NCBI GenBank assembly: GCA_965248835.1
Contig: CBDFLJ010000002.1
Coordinates: 1,056,001 to 1,120,000 of the forward strand
Origin: Alphaproteobacteria bacterium
Lineage (GTDB): Bacteria > Pseudomonadota > Alphaproteobacteria > MPNO01
Direction: 5' to 3'
DNA length: 64,000 nt
A model generated the notes under the pieces. It did not search any database. It worked only from the letters and a program-made list of their open reading frames with translations, and was not told the origin of the DNA. The translations under genes were made by a program, and so were the position numbers. Within the stretch, counting starts at the first letter, position 1. The number at the start of each line of letters is the position of its first letter. Shown in pieces: positions 9,409 to 18,953 of this stretch.

Positions 9409-10464
9409 TCAGCCCTCGAGCAGGGAACGGATCCGGCTCACGGTGGCCCGCTGTTCCCGCTCCACAACAGCCGGGTTGGCCGCATCGGGCTCGCCGAAGG
9501 CGGCGGCCGCGCCTCTGGCGATCAGGGCATCGCGAACGCGTCTGGCATTGCGCGCCGGCCAGACCAGGCCGAGATGCGCCGCGCCGGTCAGCCCCGGCGC
9601 CGCGGCCAGGCGCGCCAGGCGCGCCAGACGCGCTAGCGGACCGGACAGAAGCGGGAGGTCGTAGATCTCGACCGGTCGGCCCGAGCCGACGGCTTCGGCA
9701 ATCATCGACACGCTGTCGCCGGTGACCACGAAGCGGTCGGCGAGCCGAAGCGTGCTCTGATAGAAATCGGCCTTCGGGTCTCGCCAGTCGTTGAGGATGA
9801 AGCTGCCCTCCAGCCCCGCCGCCAGGGCATCGGTTGCCGCCGGTCCGGTCCTGGGGCTGGTGCTGACCAGTAGCGTGCCGCCGTGCCGGGCGGCCGCGCG
9901 GCTGGCGCGGGCGGCGAGCTCCGCTGCCTCGGCCGGACCGAAGGCGAACGGCCGGGCCGGGCCGCCGACCAGGAGCGCGATCCACGGCCGCGGCCGCGGC
10001 GAAAAAATCTGTCGCCACGTCGTGACCGCTCGGTCGGGGACCTCCGCGGGACGTTGGAAAGGCAGTAGGTTGTGGACGATGTTGCTTCGTCGAGGCAGGC
10101 CGTATTGCGGCGTCGTCACGATGAGGTCGAAGAGGTGGAGCGGCGCTCGCGGCCGGCCAAGCTGCACGAGCCGGGTATGGCCGCCCGAGCGCGCGCGGAT
10201 CCATCTTGCGGCGGGCACGGACCGCTGTCCGGCGAAGACGACCAAGTCCGGCCAGGGCGGCGCCAATGCGCTCCTTGCGGCTCGGTCGAGCGACAGCCGG
10301 CTTGCGGGCAGCACCATGTTGGACACCCGCGACGGGCGGTTGAAGACGAGTTCCTTGAGCGCGAAGCGATAGCCGAGCGCTTCGACGAGCTGGCGCACCT
10401 GCGCGTTGTCCCCGGCGTTGCGGCCGAGCAGCCCCCAGACCAGCGGCCCGCCGGCAGCGGTCAC
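9409..10464 (-). CDS. ELM1/GtrOC1 family (GT-B-like) protein
   Basis: AGDNAQV, LAPPWPDLVV, FDLIVTTPQY, LLVGGP, STSPRT, VVTGDSVSMIAEA. Confidence 0.85.
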   Translation of the reverse strand: MTAAGGPLVWGLLGRNAGDNAQVRQLVEALGYRFALKELVFNRPSRVSNMVLPASRLSLDRAARSALAPPWPDLVVFAGQRSVPAARWIRARSGGHTRLVQLGRPRAPLHLFDLIVTTPQYGLPRRSNIVHNLLPFQRPAEVPDRAVTTWRQIFSPRPRPWIALLVGGPARPFAFGPAEAAELAARASRAAARHGGTLLVSTSPRTGPAATDALAAGLEGSFILNDWRDPKADFYQSTLRLADRFVVTGDSVSMIAEAVGSGRPVEIYDLPLLSGPLARLARLARLAAAPGLTGAAHLGLVWPARNARRVRDALIARGAAAAFGEPDAANPAVVEREQRATVSRIRSLLEG

Positions 10465-12188
10465 CTGATCGACGACGCTTTCGCCGGCCGGGAGAACGGG
10501 GCCATGCGCTCGATCCGCCCGTCCTCGAAGTGGTAGGCGCGCTCGGCGTATCCTTCCCAGACCGCGCTGTGGGTGATGACCAGGACCGCGATCTCATCGG
10601 CCAGCCCCGCGACCGTCGCGCAGATGCCGCGCTCGGTCGCCGGGTCGAGCCCGGCGGTTGCCTCGTCCAGGATCAGCAGGCGCGGCCGGCGCGCGAGCGC
10701 ACGGGCAAGCGAGATCCGCTGGCGTTGGCCGCCGGAGATCATCGTTCCGCGCTCGCCGACCGGGCTGTCGAGCCCGTCTTTCAGCGCGCACACGAAAATG
10801 TCCGCACCGGCGGCTTCGAGAGCCTGCCAGATCCGGTCCTCTCCGATCGCCGGATCCCCGAGCGTAACGTTGGCGCGGACCGTGTCGTTGAGCAGGATCG
10901 GCTCCTGCGGCACGTAGCCGATCTGGCGCCTCCAGCTTTCGAGATCGATCTCCTCCAGCGGCACGCCGTCGAGCATCACCCGCCCGCGGTCGGGCCGATA
11001 GAGCCCCAGCACCAGATCGCTGACTGTCGTCTTGCCGGCGCCCGACGGGCCGGTGACCACGGTCACGCCCCGCGCCGGCAACGCCATCGAAACATCGTTT
11101 AGTACCTGCCGGTCGCCATAGGCGAAACTCACCCCATCGAGCAGACAGCTCTCGTCGAACACCGCTTGGCGGATGCCGGTGATCGGCTCGCGCGCCGCCT
11201 CGACTTCTTCGATCAGGGCCTGAAGCGACAGATAGGAGCTCTCCAGCAGCAGGGTCTTCTGGAGCTGCTGCTGCATCCGCCCGACGCTGAGGATGGTCTG
11301 GAACATCAGCAGCCCGATGACGACGAGTTCAGCAAAGGCCACCTCCCAGACCGTCACGCCCAGATAGACCCCGACGCCGATGCAGATCGACGTCAGGATC
11401 TCCTGGGCGTTCTTCAGGGCGTGCTGGGAGATCACCTGGCGTCTGAGCGCATTGCGCAGCTTGGCGATCTTGTCCTCGCTCAGCCGGGCGATGCCGTCCT
11501 GGCGCGCCATCGCCTTCAGCGGCTTGATGTTGCCCAGCGCATCGCTCAGGTGGGCGACGAGCTCCGATGTGCGCTGGGTCTGCCGGAGCCCTGCCTTGCG
11601 GGTGATGCGCACCAGAACGCTGAGCGAGGCCGCGATCATCCCGCCGATGCACAATGCCAGCAGGGCGAGCTTCCACGACACCAGCACCGCGACCACCGTA
11701 TAGGCCGCGGTCTGGGCGCTGTGGCTGAGGAACGTGGCGGCCTGGAGGTAGGAGGCCCCGGCCCGCGTCGCATCGTTGCTGATCGCATTGGCGATCCGGC
11801 CGATCGGCTTTTGCGTGAAATAGCCCCAACGCGCGAGCAGAAGCTGATCGATCAGCCGGACGCGCATCCGGGTCGCGACCGTCGCCACGGTGTAGCCGAC
11901 ATAGCGCATCGCCAGCATCAGCACGACGCATTTCAGGACGATGCTGCCGACCACCAGGATGATCAGCGAATTGATTTCCGGCGTCAGGCCGACCGACGCG
12001 AAGCCGTCGCGCACCAAGCTCGTCAGCAGCGACGAATCGTTTTCCAGCCCACCGGTGACGAGCGAGAGCAACGGCAGCAGGCTGGCCCAGCCGACGCCGC
12101 CCAAAGCGCCTGCAGCGAACAGGCAGAGCAGCACCAGCCATGGCCGTGTGTCTTCGGCGCGAAAGAAAATGGTCAGGACTGCGCGCAC
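10461..12188 (-). CDS. ABC exporter, fused permease/ATPase (MsbA/PglK-like, probable glycan flippase)
   Basis: N-terminal TM domain; GPSGAGKT, ISGGQRQR, LILDEAT; located in glycan locus. Confidence 0.88.
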   Translation of the reverse strand: MRAVLTIFFRAEDTRPWLVLLCLFAAGALGGVGWASLLPLLSLVTGGLENDSSLLTSLVRDGFASVGLTPEINSLIILVVGSIVLKCVVLMLAMRYVGYTVATVATRMRVRLIDQLLLARWGYFTQKPIGRIANAISNDATRAGASYLQAATFLSHSAQTAAYTVVAVLVSWKLALLALCIGGMIAASLSVLVRITRKAGLRQTQRTSELVAHLSDALGNIKPLKAMARQDGIARLSEDKIAKLRNALRRQVISQHALKNAQEILTSICIGVGVYLGVTVWEVAFAELVVIGLLMFQTILSVGRMQQQLQKTLLLESSYLSLQALIEEVEAAREPITGIRQAVFDESCLLDGVSFAYGDRQVLNDVSMALPARGVTVVTGPSGAGKTTVSDLVLGLYRPDRGRVMLDGVPLEEIDLESWRRQIGYVPQEPILLNDTVRANVTLGDPAIGEDRIWQALEAAGADIFVCALKDGLDSPVGERGTMISGGQRQRISLARALARRPRLLILDEATAGLDPATERGICATVAGLADEIAVLVITHSAVWEGYAERAYHFEDGRIERMAPFSRPAKASSIR

Positions 12189-12224
12189 GGCTCTATTGGC
12201 CCGGTCTGGGGAGACGGTTCGGCA

Positions 12225-13259
12225 TCACGCGAAATCTTCCTCGGCAAGCGGCGCGTTCCGCTTGACAGGCCGCGCGAGCAGCCGCCCGACGAACTCGTCG
12301 TGGCGCGAGACGGGGATGCCCGTACCTGGCTTGCGTGCCGACAGCCCAGCACCGGTCAGCGTCTCGCCCGCCGCAAGGTCGCGTGCGGCAACCAGGCTTT
12401 TCATGAAGATCCGGCGCAACGGCTCCGCCGCCTCGGCGACGGCGGACTTGTCGACGGGATTGGCGCACATCGCCTCGGCGAAGCGCACACCGCGGACCAG
12501 CTCGGACAGCTCTTCGGTGGTCAGCGATGCCGCCACGTCCGGTCCGAAGGCACGGCGCGACAGCGTCAGGTGCACCTCGATCACCTGGGCGCCGAGATAA
12601 GCGGCGCAAACGCCGGGGAAGATCGTCGCCGAATGGTCCGACAGCCCGACCGCGATCCCGTAGCGCTCACGGAATGCCGCCAGCAGGTTGAGGCCGACAT
12701 GCTCGGCTGTCGTCGGATACACCGAGGCGCATTGCAGCAGTGCCACCGGGGCGTCCGCTTCCCTGATCCGCGCCAGCGCCGCATCGACCTCATCGAGCGC
12801 GCTCATGCCGGTCGACAGGATGACCGGCTTGCCCGAAGCGGCCATGGCGTCCAGCATCGGGAGGTTGGTGATCTCGCCCGAGGCAACCTTCCAGCCGGCG
12901 ACGCCGATGCGTGCGAGCAACGCGAAGGCCTCCATCGAGAACGGCGAGCTGAGAAACAACAGCCCGGCGTCGGCGGCGTGGCGCTCGAGCCCGACCCATT
13001 GGTTTTCGGTGAACTCCATCCGCCGCCAATAGTCGTAGCGGGTCTCGTCCTGCCGGCTGAACCGGGTCCGCCACGGCTCCTCGGGCGAGCTTTCGGCGTC
13101 GGCGATGTGGGTCTGGAACTTGACCGCCGAAGCGCCCGCTTCGGCTGCCGCGTCGATCATCGCGTGCGCCGTCCCGAGGCTGCCGTCATGGGCCTGGGCG
13201 ATCTCGGCGATGACCGTGCAAGGCGCAGTCGGGCCGGGCGCATCGAGCCAGGTCGTCAT
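12225..13259 (-). CDS. neuB: N-acetylneuraminate/nonulosonate synthase family protein with C-terminal SAF domain
   Basis: VIAEIAQAHDGS, AVKFQTH, KVASGE, ILSTGMS, GLSDHS, RKPGTGI; start set at MTTW after GGAGAGG. Confidence 0.92.
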   Translation of the reverse strand: MTTWLDAPGPTAPCTVIAEIAQAHDGSLGTAHAMIDAAAEAGASAVKFQTHIADAESSPEEPWRTRFSRQDETRYDYWRRMEFTENQWVGLERHAADAGLLFLSSPFSMEAFALLARIGVAGWKVASGEITNLPMLDAMAASGKPVILSTGMSALDEVDAALARIREADAPVALLQCASVYPTTAEHVGLNLLAAFRERYGIAVGLSDHSATIFPGVCAAYLGAQVIEVHLTLSRRAFGPDVAASLTTEELSELVRGVRFAEAMCANPVDKSAVAEAAEPLRRIFMKSLVAARDLAAGETLTGAGLSARKPGTGIPVSRHDEFVGRLLARPVKRNAPLAEEDFA

Positions 13260-13285
13260 CGGTTCCTCTCCCACGGTGCCCGCCC

Positions 13286-13972
13286 CTAGCGCTCGATCAG
13301 GCGGCGGACCGCATCGAGATCCTCCGCGCTGTCGATACTGATGGCGGGGCCCTCGATTATACAGGCTTTTGCCCGCCGGCCATGGACGCTGTGGGTGGCG
13401 CGGAAGGCTTCGGTCCGCACCGCGTAGCACAGACCGTTGCGCACATAGGTCGGCGCGAGCGTTTGGCGGTTGATGTTGGGCCGCGCCCCGGGGAAGCGGA
13501 ACCGTGCCGCCCCGTCCGCGCCGACCGCGTATTGCTTCAGGCCGTGGAGGTGAACGGGGACCGGGCTCACGGTGAAGGCGGCATCCCAGCCCTCTTCCTC
13601 GGCGGCTTCCACGACCTCGCGCACGGTCCCGGGCGTCCTAAGCGGCGAGGTCGGCTCGATCAGGCAGAGCGTGTCGAACCGCTCGCCGCGCCCGTCGAAC
13701 GCATCGAGCGTAAAGGCGATCGCATCGGCGACAAGGCTATCATCGGCGGCAAGCCCCGGCGGGCGCAGGAAAGGGGTCTCGATGCCTGCCGCGGCGGCGG
13801 CCTCGGCGTAGCCCGCGCTGTCGGTCGACACATAGACCCGTGCGAACAGGTCGGCCTGAACGGCACAGTGGACCGCGCGGGCCAGCAACGATTGTCCGGC
13901 CACTTCTTTCAAGTTCTTGTCCGGAAGCCCCTTGCTGCCGCTGCGAGCGGGGATGATCGCAATCCGCCTCAT
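13286..13972 (-). CDS. neuA: Acylneuraminate cytidylyltransferase
   Basis: IAIIPARSGSKGLPDKN, VSTDS, FLRP, PTSPLR, NG..Y, SIDS.ED. Confidence 0.92.
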   Translation of the reverse strand: MRRIAIIPARSGSKGLPDKNLKEVAGQSLLARAVHCAVQADLFARVYVSTDSAGYAEAAAAAGIETPFLRPPGLAADDSLVADAIAFTLDAFDGRGERFDTLCLIEPTSPLRTPGTVREVVEAAEEEGWDAAFTVSPVPVHLHGLKQYAVGADGAARFRFPGARPNINRQTLAPTYVRNGLCYAVRTEAFRATHSVHGRRAKACIIEGPAISIDSAEDLDAVRRLIER

Positions 13973-13984
13973 CGGGTAGGCCGC

Positions 13985-15349
13985 TCAACTCGTGACCTCG
14001 AATATGCCTTCCGAAAGGCGGCGCGTCCGCACCCCTCCGAAACGGCCGAGCAACAGCCCCAGCCGGCCAACGCGCTCCTCAACTGCTTCCAGCGTAACCC
14101 CAGGAAAACGGCGGCTCTCGTAGACGGTCCAGTTCTTGCTGCCGACGACGTGGGAGTTGGCGATCTTCTGGCCGGCGCGGACCTTGGCGCGCACCGCGCC
14201 GCCGAGCCGAGACCACGCCGAGGGCGCGGCCCCGTCGGGCGCGCTGTCCGGCCGCAGGACGATCTCGGTGATCCGCTCGGCGGCGAGCTTGCCGTTGGAC
14301 GGCGCGAGATGCCGGCCGAGCGTCTCCTCCTGGAGGGGGGTCCGCCGTTCGGGCGCCGATCCGTCGAGGAAGGCGTCGATGTGTCCGATCAGCTCATTGA
14401 CGTCGAAGGCGGCGACGCTGAGCGAATCGGGCAGATGCCGGTCGAACTGCTCGGAAACGATGGGCTTGTAGGTCACCGCCGGCCGGTCGAGCAGGAAAGC
14501 CTCGACCGCGGTCGTGCACCCGTTATGGACAACGACCTCGCTCGCCATGATCCAGGGAATGACGCTGTCCTCGTGGACGACCTCGACATTGGTGCGGCCC
14601 TCCGCGGCCCGCCTCCAGATTTCGTGGCTCTCGGCCGGGTGCGGGCGGACAACCACCGTTTTGTCGGGGAAGGCGCGCGCAAGGCCCGGGATCATCTGCT
14701 GGAACCGTGAGAACAGATCCTCGCGGTGGAGCGCGAGTTCGTAGTCCCAGCTCGTGTCCTTCTCGCCGAGATCGGCTGCCAGCTCCTTCGAATCGATGGT
14801 GCGTCTGGCCAGGAAGTGGTTCGAGTGGCCGAAACTGGTGTTGACCAGGATGAAGCGCCCGAACCGCCGGCCCAGCGCGTCGGCTTCCGCGCGATAGAAC
14901 TCTCGCAGTTCGGGACGCAACATGTCGAAGCGCGGGTTTCCGGTCTCGTGGATCGGCTGGCCGGTATAGAAGGGATACGCGCGCAGGGTCTCGGCGTCTT
15001 CGGCGCCCCAGGCGAACCAGCAAGCGACTTGGTTCAGGGCCTCGGGCGAGACCCGCATCTTGTAGTAGTGCGCCGGGGGATAACGCACGAGTCCTTCCTC
15101 GTCCCAGCCGAGAACCCGGTGCCCGAGGGCTTGGAGGATCTTCAGGATGCGGACCTTGCTCTGCCGGACATCCTTGGCGAGGTATATGCCGCGCGGGAAG
15201 GTGTCGATCCTGCGGTGCATCCGGGTCTGCGAGCCGAGGACGACGCGAAACCCCGCCTCGGCGGCAACGCACGACAGCAGCAGCTTGGAATCGAACTCCC
15301 GCACCTGGGTCTCGACCGGCATCAGCAGCGTCGTTCCGGAAGCGGACAT
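13985..15349 (-). CDS. Surface carbohydrate biosynthesis protein (TIGR04396-like, GT-B-like)
   Basis: PVETQVREFDSKLLL, DEEGL, TGNPRFD, ILVNTSF, VRPHPAE, HNGCTTAVEA. Confidence 0.8.
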   Translation of the reverse strand: MSASGTTLLMPVETQVREFDSKLLLSCVAAEAGFRVVLGSQTRMHRRIDTFPRGIYLAKDVRQSKVRILKILQALGHRVLGWDEEGLVRYPPAHYYKMRVSPEALNQVACWFAWGAEDAETLRAYPFYTGQPIHETGNPRFDMLRPELREFYRAEADALGRRFGRFILVNTSFGHSNHFLARRTIDSKELAADLGEKDTSWDYELALHREDLFSRFQQMIPGLARAFPDKTVVVRPHPAESHEIWRRAAEGRTNVEVVHEDSVIPWIMASEVVVHNGCTTAVEAFLLDRPAVTYKPIVSEQFDRHLPDSLSVAAFDVNELIGHIDAFLDGSAPERRTPLQEETLGRHLAPSNGKLAAERITEIVLRPDSAPDGAAPSAWSRLGGAVRAKVRAGQKIANSHVVGSKNWTVYESRRFPGVTLEAVEERVGRLGLLLGRFGGVRTRRLSEGIFEVTS

Positions 15350-15584
15350 CGTTTTCCAAACTTAGGTTTGGCCACCTTCTCGGTAGGCATTTTTCATACG
15401 GCCGCAAGGTATTAGCATCCCCGACCGCGGCGCGGAAGGGTGTTCTCCGGCCCTCGAATGGCACCGGCCCGCCGGCCGTGCTAAACAGAAACGGTCACAA
15501 ATAGTGCGATCGCGGGAAAGAATAAGGAACCATGACGGAATTGCCTCTGCGAAGGAAATCGCCGGGAGCCCGGGGCTGAACGCG

Positions 15585-15928
15585 ATGGTCCGGAAAATCT
15601 GCGTCGTCGTCACTGCGCGGCCGTCTTATTCGCGCATCCGCACCGCGCTGGAGGCGATGCGCGCCCATCCCGGCATCGAATTGCAGCTCGTCGTCGCGGC
15701 GTCCGCTCTGCTCGAGCGCTACGGCAACGCGCTGGACGTGATCGAGGCCGAAGGCTTCACCATAGACCGGCGCGTCTACATGGTGCTCGAGGGCGAGAAC
15801 CTGGTGACATCTGCCAAGTCGACCGGGCTCGGACTGTCCGAGTTCGCGACGGTCTTCGACGACCTCAAGCCCGACGTGGTGGTCTCGATCGCCGATCGGT
15901 TCGAGACACTCGCGACCGCGACGGCCGC
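15585..15928 (+). pseudogene. neuC: 5' fragment (~115 codons) of a second neuC copy
   Basis: About 10 mismatches over 344 bp versus 22758-23101 by manual alignment; breaks after ATATA. Confidence 0.92.
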
Positions 15929-16099
15929 CTCGGCGTAGCCTGCGCTGTCGGTCGACACATAGACCCGTGCGAACAGGTCGGCCTGAACGGCACAGTGGAC
16001 GGCGCGGGCCAGCAACGATTGTCCGGCCACTTCTTTCAGGTTCTTGTCCGGAAGCCCCTTGCTGCCGCTGCGGGCGGGAATGATCGCAATCCGCCTCAT
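15927..16099 (-). pseudogene. neuA: 5' fragment (~57 codons) of a second neuA copy
   Basis: Same N-terminal peptide as 13286..13972; about 6 mismatches over ~188 bp including the upstream spacer. Confidence 0.92.
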
Positions 16100-16111
16100 C
16101 GGGTGGGCCGC

Positions 16112-18175
16112 TCAGCTCAAAACCTCCAGCCGCCGCTCGGCCTGCCAGTCGACGCGTGGAACCTCGGCGAACCGGGCGCGGCGCCAGAACCGCTTCACCG
16201 GATAGCGCGAGATCAGCATCGTCAGTCCGGCGATGTCCGCACCGTAAAACGCGAGCTCGCGCCGAATGGTCTCGCGCTGCTTTTCGTTATGGCGGATCGA
16301 AAGCCGCACCGGGTAATGCAGGTCCTCCAGTGTGTAGCCGTCGCGGGCGAACGCCGGGTCGTGGATCAGCCTCAGCAGGTCGTAGGAGAAGGTCTCCTCG
16401 GTGCCTTCGTCGGGGTCGAAAAGGTTGAGCTTCTGCAGGTGCGAGAAGCGCTCGAGCGCATCGACCGCCTCTTCGCAATCCACGGATTCGGCGGCGAGGA
16501 ATTTACGCAGATAGGCAAAGGCCGCGGCGTGTAGCGCCGGGAAATGCTCGACGATCGATTTGGCGCGGTACTTGTAGATGATGTTGCCGCCGACCTCGCC
16601 GCTGGCATAGAGGTCGACCTCGCGCGAGACGTCCTCGATGAGCTGTTCGGGCGTATCCCACAGCTCGCCGGCCGTATCCCGGCTGAAGTTGTCATAGAGC
16701 TGCCCAATCCCAGGATCGAGCACCTCGCGGTCGCCGTGGATCATCTTGATCCAGTCGAAGGTCGACAGGCCAAGCAGCCTCAGGAGCGCATGGATCTCGC
16801 CGAAGATGCGGTCGTTGTAGAACATCCCGACCGTCAAGTAGAGCCGGCGCATGTCCATGTAATCCTCGAAGCTGAGCGTGTTCGAGGCCACCGCGATCTC
16901 CTCGATCTCGACAGCCGCGAACTCCTCGCCGAGGAAGCTGCAGCGCGAGACGCAGCGCTGGATCGGGCGGAACTCGGACCGGTAGGCATGGCGCTCGCGC
17001 GTCGCCCGGCTGTTGAGCTCGGTTCCGTGGATCAGGGCGAGCTGGTGCTGGGTGATGTTGCCGATGCCGATCTGCATCAGCCCGTCGATGCTCGCCTCGT
17101 GGCGGGCGACCGAATCGTTGGGCAGCGCGAGGATGATCTCGGAGTAGGCGTGAGTGTCGGTCTCGCTGGTCTCGTCGGAGACGTACATCAGCGCATCGAG
17201 CGAGATGTTCGCGCGCTTGACCGCGCCCAGCACGTCGGGGTCGAGAGACTGCACTGAGGCGGTCAGCCGCATCGCCCCGTTGAGCAGCTCGTTGCACTTG
17301 AGCACGCGCTCCTTACGGTTCTTCCCGGTCGAGCACATGATGTATTCGGGATAGCCGGTCTCGGCCTGGAGGTTGCCGAGAAAGGCGCAAAAGTCCTGGT
17401 CCTCCTCGAACATGCCGAAATTGGAATCGGTCACCCGTAGAGTGCGCGTGTGCTTGACCCGATCGACGATGTAGCCGACCTCGGCGACCTTGCGCTCCTG
17501 GGTGCTCTTGAAGACCTTGTTGTAGTAGCTCCCGCCCTCGGTACAGAACGTGCAGGTGAACGGGCAGCCGCGGTTGGTTTGGACCGTTGGCACCAGCTTC
17601 TGGTCGAAGAAGGAGTCCATCAGCCCGGTGATGTAGGGCGAGGGGACCGCGGCGAGGTCGCGGATCCGCGGCGCGGTCTCGCCGAAGAACGGCGCACCAT
17701 CGATCAGCGCGTGGCAGCTCGGAAGCTTCGCCCGCTTGGCCGCCTCGATGTCGCCGCCGTCGAGCAGGAACTTCACCAGGCCGGCGAACGGCACCTCGCC
17801 GTCCTTGTAGATATAGATGTCGAATTCCGGGTAGTCGGCGAGGAACTTGACCTGGTCCTCGTGCTCGTCGGGATAGTTGGGCCCGCCGCCGACGACGATG
17901 GTCTCTGGGTGGTGGCGTTTGAGAATCTCGATCGTCTTGTAGCCGAGGTCGATGTTCCAGATGTAGTTCGACACGCCGACCAGGAACGGTGGGGCTTCGC
18001 GCACGGCTTCCTCGAAGTCGGCGATGAACTTGAAGATCCGGACATCCACCCGGTCGGCGAGTTCGCCCTGGCAATAGGCGCCGACCAGTCCGAGCTGGAG
18101 CGGCATCGTGTCGCTGCCGAGCCCCAGCCTGCTGTCGTGGGCCAGATCGATCAGGTAGATCGGCGTCATCGCCAT
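16112..18175 (-). CDS. Cobalamin-binding radical SAM protein (class B methyltransferase-like)
   Basis: N-terminal B12 domain (SNYIWN, VVGGGPN, DGEVPF) and TNRGCPFTCTFC cluster motif, TDSNFG. Confidence 0.9.
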   Translation of the reverse strand: MAMTPIYLIDLAHDSRLGLGSDTMPLQLGLVGAYCQGELADRVDVRIFKFIADFEEAVREAPPFLVGVSNYIWNIDLGYKTIEILKRHHPETIVVGGGPNYPDEHEDQVKFLADYPEFDIYIYKDGEVPFAGLVKFLLDGGDIEAAKRAKLPSCHALIDGAPFFGETAPRIRDLAAVPSPYITGLMDSFFDQKLVPTVQTNRGCPFTCTFCTEGGSYYNKVFKSTQERKVAEVGYIVDRVKHTRTLRVTDSNFGMFEEDQDFCAFLGNLQAETGYPEYIMCSTGKNRKERVLKCNELLNGAMRLTASVQSLDPDVLGAVKRANISLDALMYVSDETSETDTHAYSEIILALPNDSVARHEASIDGLMQIGIGNITQHQLALIHGTELNSRATRERHAYRSEFRPIQRCVSRCSFLGEEFAAVEIEEIAVASNTLSFEDYMDMRRLYLTVGMFYNDRIFGEIHALLRLLGLSTFDWIKMIHGDREVLDPGIGQLYDNFSRDTAGELWDTPEQLIEDVSREVDLYASGEVGGNIIYKYRAKSIVEHFPALHAAAFAYLRKFLAAESVDCEEAVDALERFSHLQKLNLFDPDEGTEETFSYDLLRLIHDPAFARDGYTLEDLHYPVRLSIRHNEKQRETIRRELAFYGADIAGLTMLISRYPVKRFWRRARFAEVPRVDWQAERRLEVLS

Positions 18176-18704
18176 CTTCGCTCTGCCGTTGCGGGCCGCG
18201 GTCCCACACCCCGTGGCGACAGGCCATCGGCGCAGTCTGCCTTCACCGGGCGGTCACATTCGGAAGCGGTCTGACAGAGAAATTAGCATGCCAGCGTTTA
18301 GCGAGAAAGTGCTGTTCTGGTTCATGACATATGAGACGGTGGGGTTTCTTTGGCTGTTCGTTGAGCAAGATATTCGCCGGGCGTTGACCGCGTTCGAGGC
18401 CACCACGGCGGTCGGGATGCGCCGCATCCCGGCTGGCCGGATATCGCCTTGTTAGCCACCGGCCATCATGTTAGTTGTGCGGATGGGGCTCGAAGGAGAC
18501 GGGGAGTCGACCGCCTCCAGGAACTGGGACGGTGTTCCAGCAAAGTCCCGCGGCGGATGGACCGGCGAACGAGATCCGGCAAGACCGAGCCTCTGATGCG
18601 TTTGCCGAACAAGCAAGAGCGTTGAAGGCCATCGGAAGCAGCACCTTGAGTCGACTGACGGGGCGATGTTCCGACGGCTTGCGTGACTATGGGCGTTTCC
18701 GGCG

Positions 18705-18953
18705 ATGAAACACGCTGCGGTCATGTTCCATCATTTCTTCGGGCGCGGCCATCCCAGGGGACAGGGCGCGATCGGCGCAGAAGACCTCGCAGAGCTCATC
18801 GAGCGGCACGGCAGGGACAACTTCGTGCCGCCGCGCGATTGGATGCTCGGTCATGGGCGGGGCCGGCAACCGGACAACGCCCTCTGCCTGACATTCGACG
18901 ACGGGTTGCGCTGTCAACTCGATGTCGCCCTACCCGTGCTCGAGCACTATAAA
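18705..18953 (+). pseudogene. Polysaccharide deacetylase N-terminal fragment truncated by IS1380
   Basis: VMFHHF...LCLTFDDGL...ALPVLE NodB-type motif 1, then runs into the IS end. Confidence 0.8.

Noticed and set aside
15585-16114. Simple assembly duplication of neuC/neuA
   Set aside because: The copies differ at about 16 positions, many synonymous, so they are distinct alleles; a two-strain chimera is not excluded without reads
18176-18704. Cobalamin riboswitch upstream of the B12 radical SAM gene
   Set aside because: Could not find the conserved core motifs in order by eye; an Infernal/Rfam scan would be decisive
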